64,000 nucleotides of DNA, taken from contig DATMRS010000017.1 in assembly GCA_035566015.1 (NCBI GenBank), positions 43,449 to 107,448 on the forward strand, read 5' to 3'. Position 1 is the stretch's first letter. Every line of letters starts with the position of its first letter. Below the pieces are notes generated by a model. It ran no database searches. It was not told the origin of the DNA and saw only the letters and a list, made by a program, of their open reading frames with translations. Source of the stretch: Sphingomonadaceae bacterium (GTDB taxonomy: Bacteria > Pseudomonadota > Alphaproteobacteria > Sphingomonadales > Sphingomonadaceae). Shown one piece after another: positions 29,862 through 39,805 of this stretch. A program made the position numbers and the translations under genes.

Positions 29862-31195
29862 CAGGCGCTGCTCTGCCGTACATTTTCCACCACGAAGCCC
29901 CGCCGCCACATCAGGAGCAACAGCAGCAGCCCCGGAAGCGCGACGAGTGTCGTCAGCAGATAGAAACCCGCCCAGCCCAGCGCCTCGGCCGCATAACCCG
30001 ACGGTGCCGACAGCCACGTCCGCCCGACCGCGGCGAAGGAGGAGAGCAGCGCAAATTGCGTCGCGGTGTAAGCGAGATTCGACAGGCCCGAGAGGTAGGT
30101 GACGAAGACGGTCAGGCCGATACCGCTCGCCAGATTCTCGCTGCCCACCGCCCAGGCGAGCATCAGCGGCGAATGGCCGGCCCAGGCGAGGGCAGCGAAA
30201 TTGAGGTTCGTCACCATCATCAGCATGCCCGAGACGACGAGCGCGCGACCCATACCGAGCCAGGCGATGAACGGTGCGCCCAGCGCGGAGCCGACGATCA
30301 GCGCCCAGAAGCCGACCAGCTTGTTCACCGCGATATATTCGGTGTCGGTGAAACCCAGATCGACGATCATCGGATTGAGCATCGCCTGCCCCATGGCATC
30401 ACCCAGCTTGTAGATGAGGACGAAGAGGAGGATCAGCACCGCGCCGCGCCGGCTCAGGAACTCACGGAAGGGCAGGATCACGGTTTCCGACAGCCATTCC
30501 GTCACACCGCGTGCCGGCCGCTCGGCGGCAAGCGCGATCTCGTGCAGGCCGCGCCCGCCGATCAGGGCCGCCAGCACGCCCGGCAGGACAAGGAAAGCCG
30601 TCACACCATAGGCGACCGCCCAGCCGAGCCCCGCGCCTTCGGCCGAGGCGAGCCACACAGTACCGGCGCCCGCGGCGAGATTGCCGATACGATAGCCGAA
30701 CTGGTTCATCGCGGTGCCGTGAGGCAATTCGGCATCGGGCAAAATCTCAATCCGATAGGCGTCGATCACGATATCCTGCGTCGCCGACAGGAAGGCTGTC
30801 ATCACTGCCCAGAAGGCGAAGGCGGCCAGGCCGCCCGCCGGATCGCTGCCTCCCAGCATCCAGATCGACAGGAAGAGAAGCGCCTGGACGGCGAACAACC
30901 AGGCGCGCCGCTGCCCGACGAGGCGGGTCAGCAGCGGGATGGGCAAGCGATCGATCAGCGGCGCCCAGAGGAATTTGAGCGTGTAAGGCGTCGTCAGCCC
31001 GATCGCGAAGCCGATCGTCGTCTTGTCGACCCCTACTTTCGACAGCCAATAGGTCATCGTCGCGAGTAGCAGCGTAAGCGGAAAGCCGCTCGATATGCCG
31101 AGCAGCAGCGCCGCGACGGGACGGATGTGGAAATAGGGGCGGATGCCGGCCAGCCCGCCGGCCGGCGCTTCCTCGATCATCGTTTCGTTCATCAA
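29861..31195 (-). CDS. ampG: AmpG-family muropeptide MFS permease
   Basis: 444 aa. ...TPYTLKFLWAPLIDRLP... AmpG signature with multiple TM segments. Confidence 0.85.
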   Translation of the reverse strand: MMNETMIEEAPAGGLAGIRPYFHIRPVAALLLGISSGFPLTLLLATMTYWLSKVGVDKTTIGFAIGLTTPYTLKFLWAPLIDRLPIPLLTRLVGQRRAWLFAVQALLFLSIWMLGGSDPAGGLAAFAFWAVMTAFLSATQDIVIDAYRIEILPDAELPHGTAMNQFGYRIGNLAAGAGTVWLASAEGAGLGWAVAYGVTAFLVLPGVLAALIGGRGLHEIALAAERPARGVTEWLSETVILPFREFLSRRGAVLILLFVLIYKLGDAMGQAMLNPMIVDLGFTDTEYIAVNKLVGFWALIVGSALGAPFIAWLGMGRALVVSGMLMMVTNLNFAALAWAGHSPLMLAWAVGSENLASGIGLTVFVTYLSGLSNLAYTATQFALLSSFAAVGRTWLSAPSGYAAEALGWAGFYLLTTLVALPGLLLLLLMWRRGFVVENVRQSSA

Positions 31196-31240
31196 GGCGC
31201 GAGCATAAGGCGGCCCGCCGGCTTGGAAAGCCCCAAAAGG

Positions 31241-31678
31241 TCAGGCGGGCGCGCCCTCATCATAGAGGGTGAGGCCCGGCGGCAACCGCCGCGGTGTCGT
31301 CCCCGCACGCCGCGCCTCCACCGCCAGAAGCGCATCGCGCAATATCCGATGCGAATAAGGCTTGGCGAGGCAGCCGATCGCAAAAGAGCGTGCCTCGGGC
31401 GGGCAATAGCCGGTGACGAGCAGCACCGGCACGTCCCGGCCAAAAGCGGCGCGCGCCACCGCCAGGCCGTCATCGCCGCTGGATAGTTGCACGTCCGCCA
31501 GCACGAGATCGGGCGGCGCCTTTTCGAGGAGCGCGATCGCCTCGGCCGCATTGTCTACGGTGCCGACGATCCGGTAGCCCTGCTCGCGCAGATAATGCTC
31601 CGTATCGAAAGCGATGAGCGGTTCGTCCTCGACGATCAATATGCGGTTGATCGCCTTTTCACGCTTGCCGAACATCAT
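31241..31678 (-). CDS. single-domain response regulator (receiver only)
   Basis: ORF 31241..31747. Start MMFGKREKAINRILIVEDEPLIA at 31678. Phospho-acceptor context DLVLADVQL. No output domain. Confidence 0.75.
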   Translation of the reverse strand: MMFGKREKAINRILIVEDEPLIAFDTEHYLREQGYRIVGTVDNAAEAIALLEKAPPDLVLADVQLSSGDDGLAVARAAFGRDVPVLLVTGYCPPEARSFAIGCLAKPYSHRILRDALLAVEARRAGTTPRRLPPGLTLYDEGAPA

Positions 31679-31807
31679 GGCCGCCGACTCATACGCATGG
31701 GTTCTCCAACGATAAATTGCGGCGAAACCGGACGCCAGCGGTAACAACGCATATCCTATGCGCTTGACCGCACGCCGCTTTCAGCGGACCAAGGCGAGAC
31801 GGGCCGG

Positions 31808-33163
31808 TTGCGGGCCGGGCCCATTCCTTTCCCGAACCAGCCAGGGAGACGCCGTTTGGCGAAGCGCCTCACCCTCTACATCCTGCTCGCGATGATCGCC
31901 GGCATCGTGCTCGGCGTCGTCCTCCATGCCGCCCTCGACGATCCGAAGCAGATCGAGACGGTCACCAGCTATCTGACGATCCTGACCGACCTGTTCCTGC
32001 GGCTGATCAAGATGATCATCGCTCCGCTGGTCTTCTCCACGCTGGTTGCGGGCATCGCACATATGGGCGACACGGCGGCGCTGGGACGGATCGGCTTCCG
32101 CAGCATCGCCTGGTTCCTCACCGCGAGCCTGCTGTCGCTGACGCTTGGCCTGATCCTCGTCCACCTGTTCCAGCCCGGCACCGGGTTGCAGATGGCGCTA
32201 CCCGAGGCGACCGCCGCCAGCGGTATCGATCGCGGCGATTTCAGTCTCCATCAATTCATCACCCATCTCGTCCCGCGATCGATATTCGAGGCGATGGCGA
32301 CCAACGAGATCCTTCAGATCGTCATCTTCTCGCTTTTCGTCGGCGTGGCGATCACCGCGCTGGGGGAGAAGGCCGCGCCGGTGGTGCGCGGGATCGAGGC
32401 GCTGGTCGCGATCATGCTCCAGATCACCGATTACGTCATGCGTTTCGCACCCGTCGCGGTGTTCGCGGCGGTGACGACCGCCATCGCGCAGGAGGGCGTC
32501 GGCATCCTCGCTACCTTCGGCTATTTCATGGGCAGCTTCTATATCGGGCTGTTTCTGCTGTGGGGACTGCTGCTCTTCCTCGCCTTCGCGCTGACCGGCG
32601 GTCGGGCTGCAACACTTGCTCGCTACATTCGCGATCCCACGCTGCTCGCTTTCTCCACCGCATCGTCCGAAGCCGCCTTCCCGCGCACGCTGGAAGCGCT
32701 GGACCGGTTCGGCGTGCCGGGGCGCATTTCCAGCTTCGTGCTACCGCTCGGCTATTCTTTCAACCTCGACGGCACGATGATGTACTGCACCTTCGCGACG
32801 ATGTTCATCGCGCAGGCCTATGGCATCCACATGCCGCTCGGCTCGCAGATCACGATGCTGCTCCTGCTGATGGTGACGTCGAAGGGGATGGCGGGCGTAC
32901 CGCGTGCGAGTCTCGTCGTGATCGCCGCGACGCTGGCCTTCTTCGACATACCTGAAGCGGGCCTGCTTCTGATCCTCGCGGTCGATCATTTCCTCGACAT
33001 GGGGCGATCGGCGACGAACGTCATCGGCAATGCGGTGGCGAGCGTGCTCGTCGCCAAATGGGAAGGTGCGCTGGAGCCGCCCGAATCGCCCGACATCGCC
33101 CCCCTGCGCGCCCCCAGCCATACCGCGCATCATGGCCGTCGCGGGCTGGAGGAGGAGCGATAG
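31808..33163 (+). CDS. dicarboxylate/amino acid:cation symporter (DAACS family, DctA/GltP-like)
   Basis: 451-aa ORF. ...LIKMIIAPLVFSTLVAGIA..., ...TSSEAAFP..., ...DHFLDMGRSATNVIGNAVA... family motifs. The true start may be an internal non-ATG codon. Confidence 0.85.
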   Translation: MRAGPIPFPNQPGRRRLAKRLTLYILLAMIAGIVLGVVLHAALDDPKQIETVTSYLTILTDLFLRLIKMIIAPLVFSTLVAGIAHMGDTAALGRIGFRSIAWFLTASLLSLTLGLILVHLFQPGTGLQMALPEATAASGIDRGDFSLHQFITHLVPRSIFEAMATNEILQIVIFSLFVGVAITALGEKAAPVVRGIEALVAIMLQITDYVMRFAPVAVFAAVTTAIAQEGVGILATFGYFMGSFYIGLFLLWGLLLFLAFALTGGRAATLARYIRDPTLLAFSTASSEAAFPRTLEALDRFGVPGRISSFVLPLGYSFNLDGTMMYCTFATMFIAQAYGIHMPLGSQITMLLLLMVTSKGMAGVPRASLVVIAATLAFFDIPEAGLLLILAVDHFLDMGRSATNVIGNAVASVLVAKWEGALEPPESPDIAPLRAPSHTAHHGRRGLEEER

Positions 33164-33199
33164 CTGGCGCGGGGCACATGTTGAGGCTAGGGGATCGGC

Positions 33200-33982
33200 A
33201 TGCCTCCCACCCCTCCTCGCCCTCCTCGCCGCGAACCTGACCGGCCGCTGACCGCCGGCAAGGGACAGCCGCAGCGCATCGCCAAACTGCTCGCCCGCGC
33301 CGGTGTCGCGTCGCGGCGCGAAATCGAGCGGATGATCGCCGAGCGACGGATCGCGATCGACGGCGTGCCGCTGGAAACGCCCGCGACGATCATCACCTCG
33401 CTCGATGCCGTGACGGTGGACGGCAAGCCGGTGAAGGCCCCCGAGCCGGCGCGCCTCTTCCGCTTCCACAAGCCGGCCGGTCTGCTCACCACCGAGCGGG
33501 ACCCTAAGGGCCGGCCCACCATCTACGACCGCCTGCCGCCTGACCTGCCGCGCGTGATGCCGGTCGGCCGGCTCGACCTTTCCACCGAGGGGCTGCTGCT
33601 GCTTACCACCGACGGCGGACTGAAGCGCCAGCTCGAACTGCCCTCGACGGGAATCACGCGCACCTATCGCGCGCGCGTGTTCGGCCCGATCAGCCAGCCA
33701 CGCCTCGAATCATTGATCGACGGAATCGAGATAGACGACATCCGCTATGGATCGATCGACGCCAATCTTGAACGGCGCACCGGCCGCAATGCCTGGGTGG
33801 AAATGAAACTGACCGAGGGCAAGAATCGCGAGGTGCGGCGTGTCCTTGAGCATTTGGGGCTTCAGGTCAGCCGGTTGATCCGCACCGCCTACGGCCCCTT
33901 CCGACTGGCCGACATGCCCGTCGGCGCGGTGGACGAGGTGCGTCCGCACGAACTGGCGGCGCTGCGCAAGATGCTGAAATGA
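33200..33982 (+). CDS. rRNA pseudouridine synthase (RsuA/RluB family) with S4 domain
   Basis: 260 aa. QRIAKLLARAGVASRREIERMI (S4) and PVGRLDLSTEGLLLLTTDG (catalytic Asp motif). Confidence 0.88.
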   Translation: MPPTPPRPPRREPDRPLTAGKGQPQRIAKLLARAGVASRREIERMIAERRIAIDGVPLETPATIITSLDAVTVDGKPVKAPEPARLFRFHKPAGLLTTERDPKGRPTIYDRLPPDLPRVMPVGRLDLSTEGLLLLTTDGGLKRQLELPSTGITRTYRARVFGPISQPRLESLIDGIEIDDIRYGSIDANLERRTGRNAWVEMKLTEGKNREVRRVLEHLGLQVSRLIRTAYGPFRLADMPVGAVDEVRPHELAALRKMLK

Positions 33983-33989
33983 ACATGAT

Positions 33990-34529
33990 ATGCGGATAAT
34001 CGCGGGCGCATGGCGGGGCCGCAAACTGGCGGTTCCGGCGGGTCTGGCGACGCGGCCGACATCGGATCGCACGCGCGAGGCTCTGTTCTCGATGCTCGCT
34101 AGCCGGCTGGGCAGCTTCGAGGACCTGGTCGTCGCCGATCTTTTCGCAGGCACGGGTGCGCTTGGTCTCGAAGCGCTTTCGCGCGGTGCGGCGCGCTGCA
34201 TCTTCGTCGAGCAGGATCGCGCCGCACTCGACGCGCTGCGCAAGAACGTCGCTGCGCTGGAAGCGAGGGCGGACATACGCGCCCAGCCTGTCTCGACATT
34301 AGGTCAGGCCCGGGAGCCCTGCCATCTCCTCCTGCTTGACCCGCCTTATGACAGCGGAGGGGGCGGCGCGCTTCTCGAACGGTTGAAGCGGCTCGGTTGG
34401 GTCGCCCCCGGCGCGTGGGTTAGCATCGAGACGGGGCGGCACGAAAAGGTCGGCGCGGGTGGCTTCCGCTTTGATGCCGAGCGCGTCCATGGCAAGGCTA
34501 AGCTCAGCCTGCTTCGCGCCGAAGACTGA
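33990..34529 (+). CDS. rsmD: 16S rRNA (guanine966-N2)-methyltransferase
   Basis: 179 aa. MRIIAGAWRGRKL...TRPTSDRTREALFSML...DLFAGTGALGLEALSRGA...LDPPY. Confidence 0.88.
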   Translation: MRIIAGAWRGRKLAVPAGLATRPTSDRTREALFSMLASRLGSFEDLVVADLFAGTGALGLEALSRGAARCIFVEQDRAALDALRKNVAALEARADIRAQPVSTLGQAREPCHLLLLDPPYDSGGGGALLERLKRLGWVAPGAWVSIETGRHEKVGAGGFRFDAERVHGKAKLSLLRAED

Positions 34530-34595
34530 ACCCGCGGAACCGCCGCCCCCCTTTTCGCGCTCTGCGTCGGTTAAGGCTGACGAAGGGCGACGGGA

Positions 34596-35642
34596 TTGGC
34601 TGGCAGGAAGAAGGACGAAGGCGATCCGCGCGAGGCGGCCGAGCATGCCGGACTGATCCACGTTTCCGACGACCAGCCAGGCATTACGCGGCGGCGCGCG
34701 GGCAAAGGCTTCCGCTATTTCGATGCCGAGGGGCAGCCGGTTCGCGACAAGGCGGTGCTCGCGCGCATCCGCAAGCTCGCCATTCCGCCCGCCTATGCGG
34801 ACCTCTGGATCTGCCCGCATCCTAACGGACACATTCAGGCGACGGGGCGCGATGCGCGCGGGCGCAAGCAATATCGCTACCATGACCGCTTCCGCGAAGT
34901 CCGCGACAGCGCGAAATATAAGCATATGCTGGACTTCGCGACGACGCTGCCCGCCATAAGGCAGCGGATCGCCAAGGATATGGCGCGGCGTGGCCTGCCC
35001 CGGGAAAAGGTGTTGGCTACCGTCGTCCACCTGCTGGAAACGACGATGATCCGCGTCGGCAATGCCGATTATGCGAAGCAGAACAAGAGCTACGGCCTCA
35101 CCACGCTGCGCGACCGGCATGTCGCGATCGAGGGATCGGAGCTGCGCTTCCGCTTTACGGGCAAGAGCGGCAAGACATGGCAATTGGCGCTGCACGATCG
35201 GCGCGTCGCGCGTATCGTCAAGGCGAGCCAGGACCTGCCCGGCCAGCATCTCTTCCAATATCTCGACGAAGCGGGCGAGCAACATGAGGTGACATCGACG
35301 GACGTGAACGCCTATCTACGCGAAATATCGGGGCAATCGATCACCGCGAAGGATTTTCGCACTTGGACGGGCACCGTTCTTGCCGCTCTGGCGCTCGCCG
35401 GGCAGGAGACGCCCGAAAGCGAAGCGGCGGCGAAACGTGGCATTCGCGCCGCGATCGACACTGTGGCGAAGAGCCTGGGTAATACACCCGCCATCTGCCG
35501 CAAATGCTACGTCCATCCGGAAATATTGGCCGCTTATGGACAGGGAGTGCTCGACCTGAAGCTGCGGCGCGACAACGCCAAGGACGGGCTTGATCCTGCT
35601 GAAGACGCCGTGCGTCGGTTCCTGCGCAAACGACTGTCCTGA
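34596..35642 (+). CDS. DNA topoisomerase IB (poxvirus/eukaryote-like type IB enzyme)
   Basis: 348 aa. ...GKGFRYFDAEGQPVRD...IPPAYADLWICPHPNGHIQATGRDARGRKQYRYH..., ...GKSGK..., C-terminal ...CRKCYVHP carrying the catalytic Tyr context. Confidence 0.85.
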   Translation: MAGRKKDEGDPREAAEHAGLIHVSDDQPGITRRRAGKGFRYFDAEGQPVRDKAVLARIRKLAIPPAYADLWICPHPNGHIQATGRDARGRKQYRYHDRFREVRDSAKYKHMLDFATTLPAIRQRIAKDMARRGLPREKVLATVVHLLETTMIRVGNADYAKQNKSYGLTTLRDRHVAIEGSELRFRFTGKSGKTWQLALHDRRVARIVKASQDLPGQHLFQYLDEAGEQHEVTSTDVNAYLREISGQSITAKDFRTWTGTVLAALALAGQETPESEAAAKRGIRAAIDTVAKSLGNTPAICRKCYVHPEILAAYGQGVLDLKLRRDNAKDGLDPAEDAVRRFLRKRLS

Positions 35643-35715
35643 AGAGCCGTTTTTTCTTGGAAGGCGAAACAATCGCCTCTTCCCGACGTTGAGCGCGGCG
35701 AAAGGGAGAAGGATC

Positions 35716-36141
35716 TTGGCTCGTCAGATCAGTTCGCTTACCCTTGCCGACGCCCGAGAGATCATAGCCGGGGGCGAGGCAGCCGCCGAAAAGCTTGGTA
35801 TCCCTTATAACATCGCCGTCGTCGACGTAGGCGGCAATCTGATCGCCCATATCCGTATGGACGATTCCTGGGTCGGCAGCATCGACATAGCGATCCACAA
35901 GGCATGGACGGCACGCGCGTTCGACATGTCGACCGAGATGCTGGCTACTATGGCGCAATCAGGCAAGCCGCTGTTCGGCATTCAGGATACCAACCGGGAT
36001 AAGGTGGTGATCTTCGCGGGCGGCATGCCGGTGAAGCTGGACGATGTCGTCATCGGCGCGGTGGGCGCGAGCGGCGGCACCGTCGATCAGGACCAGAAGG
36101 TCGTCGAAGCGGCGGTCGCGGCGTTCAGTCCCGCGGGCTGA
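35716..36141 (+). CDS. GlcG/HbpS-like heme-binding protein (DUF336)
   Basis: In frame with ORF 35590..36141. TTG start at 35716 preceded by AGGGAGAAGG. ...AVVDVGGNLIAHIRMD...SIDIAIHKAWTARAF...GGMPV...IGAVGASGG. Confidence 0.75.
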   Translation: MARQISSLTLADAREIIAGGEAAAEKLGIPYNIAVVDVGGNLIAHIRMDDSWVGSIDIAIHKAWTARAFDMSTEMLATMAQSGKPLFGIQDTNRDKVVIFAGGMPVKLDDVVIGAVGASGGTVDQDQKVVEAAVAAFSPAG

Positions 36142-36165
36142 AAACTCACCGGGAAAGAGGCGGCG

Positions 36166-36909
36166 ATGATCGCGCATCTCCCTTATTGTGGTTCGCCCCC
36201 TATGCCCGCGGAGCTCGCCGGGCGCTTCAATCTCGATCCGGTCCTGATCGTCGTCTTGGTGGCGGTGGGCACAGCGCATTGGGCATGGGCCAGGCGCAGA
36301 AATGAGGGCGGATATGCCGCAGCCGGCTGGCTGGTGGCGGCCTTCGCCTTCCTCTCTCCGCTTTGTGCGCTGTCGGTATCGCTGTTCGGCGCACGCGTCG
36401 CCCAGCATATGATATTGCTGTTGCTCGCCGCGCCGCTGATCGCGCTCGCCCTTCCGCCAGTGCCCGAACGATATGGTCTGCGCGGCCTGTGGGGCAGCAC
36501 GGCGGCTTTCTTCGTTGCATTATGGTTCTGGCACATGCCGGTGCCCTATGACGCGACCTTCCTGTCGACGCCGCTCTATTGGACAATGCACATAAGCCTG
36601 TTCGGCAGCGGCATTCTCCTGTGGCGCGCATTGCTCCGGCACCGGCCGGAACATACGGCGCAGGTTCTCGCGGCAGGCGCGCTCAGTTCGATGCAGATGG
36701 GGCTGCTGGGCGCAGTGCTGACGCTGGCGAACCACCCGATGTTCCTCTGGCACTTCGGGACGACAGGCGCATGGGGGCTCACCCCGCTTCAGGATCAGCA
36801 GATCGGCGGGCTCATCATGTGGGTGCCGGGCATACTGCTCTTCCTCTGGGCGGCGCTGCGTTCGCTGTCGCGGCTGTGGAACCTACTCGAAGAGGCGCGG
36901 CCGGCATGA
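36166..36909 (+). CDS. cytochrome c oxidase assembly protein, caa3-type CtaG family (membrane)
   Basis: 247 aa polytopic protein. ...AQHMILLLLAAPLIALA..., ...DQQIGGLIMWVPG... family motifs. Confidence 0.75.
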   Translation: MIAHLPYCGSPPMPAELAGRFNLDPVLIVVLVAVGTAHWAWARRRNEGGYAAAGWLVAAFAFLSPLCALSVSLFGARVAQHMILLLLAAPLIALALPPVPERYGLRGLWGSTAAFFVALWFWHMPVPYDATFLSTPLYWTMHISLFGSGILLWRALLRHRPEHTAQVLAAGALSSMQMGLLGAVLTLANHPMFLWHFGTTGAWGLTPLQDQQIGGLIMWVPGILLFLWAALRSLSRLWNLLEEARPA

Positions 36910-37868
36910 TGGGGCAGCCGCTCGGCTATCTCGACGCGGCGGGCGCACGCGCCTGGGGCGTCCTCCCCCTCACCTGGTTCACACTGATCGTCTCCATCCT
37001 CGTCTGCCTGATCGTCGGCATCCTCCTGTGGCTGGGCGTGCGGCGCGCGCTGGCGAACGGCGGCCCGGCGGAAACCCGCGCCACCCCGGTGGAGCGCGGC
37101 GGCAACGGCGTCCGCTGGATCGTCATCGGCCTGATCCTGACGGCGGTGCCGCTGTTTGCGACGCTGGTCTGGACGATGGTCGCGCTCGCCGCCGTATCGG
37201 GGCCGCCCGATCATCCGGCGCTGGTGCTCGACGTGACGGCGCATCAATGGTGGTGGGAAGTCAAATATAACGGATCGAACCCATCCCGGGGCTTCACGAC
37301 CGCCAATGAGATTCACGTACCCATAGGCGTGCCGATCCTCGTGCGCCTCCATGGCGGCGACGTGATCCACAGCTTCTGGGTGCCCAAGCTGACGGGCAAG
37401 ACCGACGCCATTCCCGGCCAGACCAACCAAAGCTGGATCGAAGCTGACAAGCCCGGCCGCTACCGAGGCCAGTGCACCGAATTTTGCGGCGCCCAGCATA
37501 GCAAGATGGGTTTCGAGGTGGTTGCGGAGCCGATGGCGGACTTCGAAAAGTGGCGAGCCCGTCAGTTGCAGACCGCCCCGCCGCCCGCGACGCCAGCGCA
37601 GGTGCGCGGCCTGGCGCTGGTCGAGTATCGCTGCGGACTGTGCCACACGGTTCGCGGGACGAGTGCGGGCGCCGTCACCGGCCCCGACCTAACCCATCTG
37701 ATGAGCCGGCGCACGATCGCCGCCGGCATGCTCCCCAACAATCCGGGCACCCTTTCCGGCTGGATACAGGACCCGCAGGGCGTAAAACCGGGCGCGCTGA
37801 TGCCCGCCCAATATCTTTCCGGCCAGCAGCTCTCCGATGTTCGCGCCTATCTGGAGACGCTCAAATGA
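36906..37868 (+). CDS. cytochrome c oxidase subunit II with fused C-terminal cytochrome c domain
   Basis: In-frame part of ORF 36579..37868 from MMGQPLGY. The ATG overlaps the CtaG stop. CuA site HSFWVPKL...CTEFCGAQHSKM and heme c site CGLCH. Confidence 0.88.
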   Translation: MMGQPLGYLDAAGARAWGVLPLTWFTLIVSILVCLIVGILLWLGVRRALANGGPAETRATPVERGGNGVRWIVIGLILTAVPLFATLVWTMVALAAVSGPPDHPALVLDVTAHQWWWEVKYNGSNPSRGFTTANEIHVPIGVPILVRLHGGDVIHSFWVPKLTGKTDAIPGQTNQSWIEADKPGRYRGQCTEFCGAQHSKMGFEVVAEPMADFEKWRARQLQTAPPPATPAQVRGLALVEYRCGLCHTVRGTSAGAVTGPDLTHLMSRRTIAAGMLPNNPGTLSGWIQDPQGVKPGALMPAQYLSGQQLSDVRAYLETLK

Positions 37869-39805
37869 AACCGGCCGATTATCGCACGCCGAAGGTCGAC
37901 GCGAGCAGCGTGGAGCATGAGGCTCATCTGCTGAAATTGTGGGAAACGGCGCCCGGCCTGCGTGGATTCCTGAGCACCGTGGATCATAAGGAGATAGGCA
38001 AACGCTACATCGTTACCGCGTTCCTTTTCCTGTTCCTCGGCGGGATCGAGGCGCTGGTGATGCGCCTGCAACTTGCGGGGCCCGACAAGACCCTGCTGAC
38101 CCCCGAACAATATAATGAGCTATTCTCGACGCACGGGATGACGATGATCTTCCTCTATGCGTCGCCGATCCTGTCCGGCTTTTCCAATTATCTGTGGCCG
38201 CTGCTCCTCGGCAGCCGCGACATGGCCTTTCCCCGGCTCAACGCGCTCAGCTACTGGATCTATCTCGCGGCGGGACTGTTCCTCTATGCCGGCTTCCTCA
38301 CCGGCAACGGCCCTAATGACGGCTGGTTCAACTACGTCCCTTATGCCTCGCGCGACTATAATCCGGGGCTGAACCAGGATTTCTACGCATTGGGGATGGT
38401 ATTCCTCGGCATATCGACGACGATCGGCGCGGCCAATTTCATCGTCACCGCCTTCCGCACCCGTGCGCCGGGCATGTCGATCAATCGTCTGCCGATCCTC
38501 GTCTGGGGCACGCTGACCGCGAGCGTGGCCAACCTGATCGTCGTGCCCGCCGTCAGCCTGGCCTTCTTCCTGCTGTGGATGGACCGGCAATATGGCACCC
38601 ATTTCTTCGATCCGCAGGGCAATGGACAGCCGCTGCTATGGCAGCATCTGTTCTGGATATTCGGCCACCCGTGGGTCTATGCGATCGTGCTGCCCGCGAT
38701 GGGTATGGTGTCGGACGGCCTGCCCGTCTTCTGCCGGCGGCCGCTCGTCGGCTATTCGCTGGTGGCGCTGGCGACGGTCGCGACGATGATCCTGGGCTTC
38801 GGCGTCTGGGTGCACCACATGTTCGCGACCGGCCTGCCGGGACTCAGCCTTTCCTTCTTTTCCGGCGCGTCGATCATCATCACCTTTCCCTCGGCGGTGG
38901 CGATCTTCGCCTGGCTGGCGACGATCTGGCTGGGGCGGCCCGTCATCACCACCGCCTTCCTGTTTTTCGCCTCGATGATCCTGCTGTTCGTGATCGGCGG
39001 CGTTTCGGGCTTCATGACCGCCAGCGTGCCGGTCGACTGGCAACTGACCGACACCTATTTCATCGTCGCGCACCTCCATTATGTCCTGATCGGCATCAAC
39101 GTCTTCCCCGTCGTTGGCGCGACCTATTTCTGGTTTCCCAAGATGACGGGCCGCCTGATGGATGAGCGGCTGGGGCGCTGGAATTTCTGGACGATGTTCC
39201 TGGGCTTCAATATCGGCTTCCTGCCGATGCACCTCACCGGCCTCTACGGGATGCCACGCCGCATCTACACCTATCCCGCGGGCATGGGCTGGAGCACGCT
39301 CAATCTCGTCACCTCGATCGGCAGCTTCCTGTTCGCCGTCGGCGTGCTGCTATTCCTGATCAATGTGGTGAAAAGCTGGCGTAGCGGATCGCCCGCCGGC
39401 GCCAATCCTTGGGATGCGCCAACCCTCGAATGGGCCACCTCCTCGCCGCCGCCGCCCTATAATTTCGCGATCATCCCCACGGTCGCCTCGCGCCACCCGT
39501 TGTGGGAGGGCCGGCTGGATGAGGAAGGCGCCGTCTCGTCCCTCGATCGCGGCATGCTGCTTGCCGAGGGGAAGGAGACGATCGGCACGTCGGCGCTCGA
39601 CGGTGCGCCGGACATGGTGCTTGAAATGCCCGAGGACAGCTATGCGCCGCTCCTCCTCGCGGCCGGCCTTTCAATCTTGTTCGCCGGCCTGCTTCTCCGG
39701 CTGTGGCCGGTGACGGCCGTAGGTGGGACAGTCGTTGCCCTGTCGGCGCTGGGCTGGCTGTGGCCGCGCCGCGAACTGCGCGAGCGGGAGGCCGCCCATG
39801 CCTGA
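37865..39805 (+). CDS. heme-copper oxidase subunit I
   Basis: In-frame part of ORF 37550..39805 from MKPADYRTPK. The ATG overlaps the CoxII stop. ...VDHKEIGKRYI..., FGHPWVY, VWVHHMF, AHLHYVL ligand motifs. C-terminal extension of about 100 aa. Confidence 0.9.
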   Translation: MKPADYRTPKVDASSVEHEAHLLKLWETAPGLRGFLSTVDHKEIGKRYIVTAFLFLFLGGIEALVMRLQLAGPDKTLLTPEQYNELFSTHGMTMIFLYASPILSGFSNYLWPLLLGSRDMAFPRLNALSYWIYLAAGLFLYAGFLTGNGPNDGWFNYVPYASRDYNPGLNQDFYALGMVFLGISTTIGAANFIVTAFRTRAPGMSINRLPILVWGTLTASVANLIVVPAVSLAFFLLWMDRQYGTHFFDPQGNGQPLLWQHLFWIFGHPWVYAIVLPAMGMVSDGLPVFCRRPLVGYSLVALATVATMILGFGVWVHHMFATGLPGLSLSFFSGASIIITFPSAVAIFAWLATIWLGRPVITTAFLFFASMILLFVIGGVSGFMTASVPVDWQLTDTYFIVAHLHYVLIGINVFPVVGATYFWFPKMTGRLMDERLGRWNFWTMFLGFNIGFLPMHLTGLYGMPRRIYTYPAGMGWSTLNLVTSIGSFLFAVGVLLFLINVVKSWRSGSPAGANPWDAPTLEWATSSPPPPYNFAIIPTVASRHPLWEGRLDEEGAVSSLDRGMLLAEGKETIGTSALDGAPDMVLEMPEDSYAPLLLAAGLSILFAGLLLRLWPVTAVGGTVVALSALGWLWPRRELREREAAHA

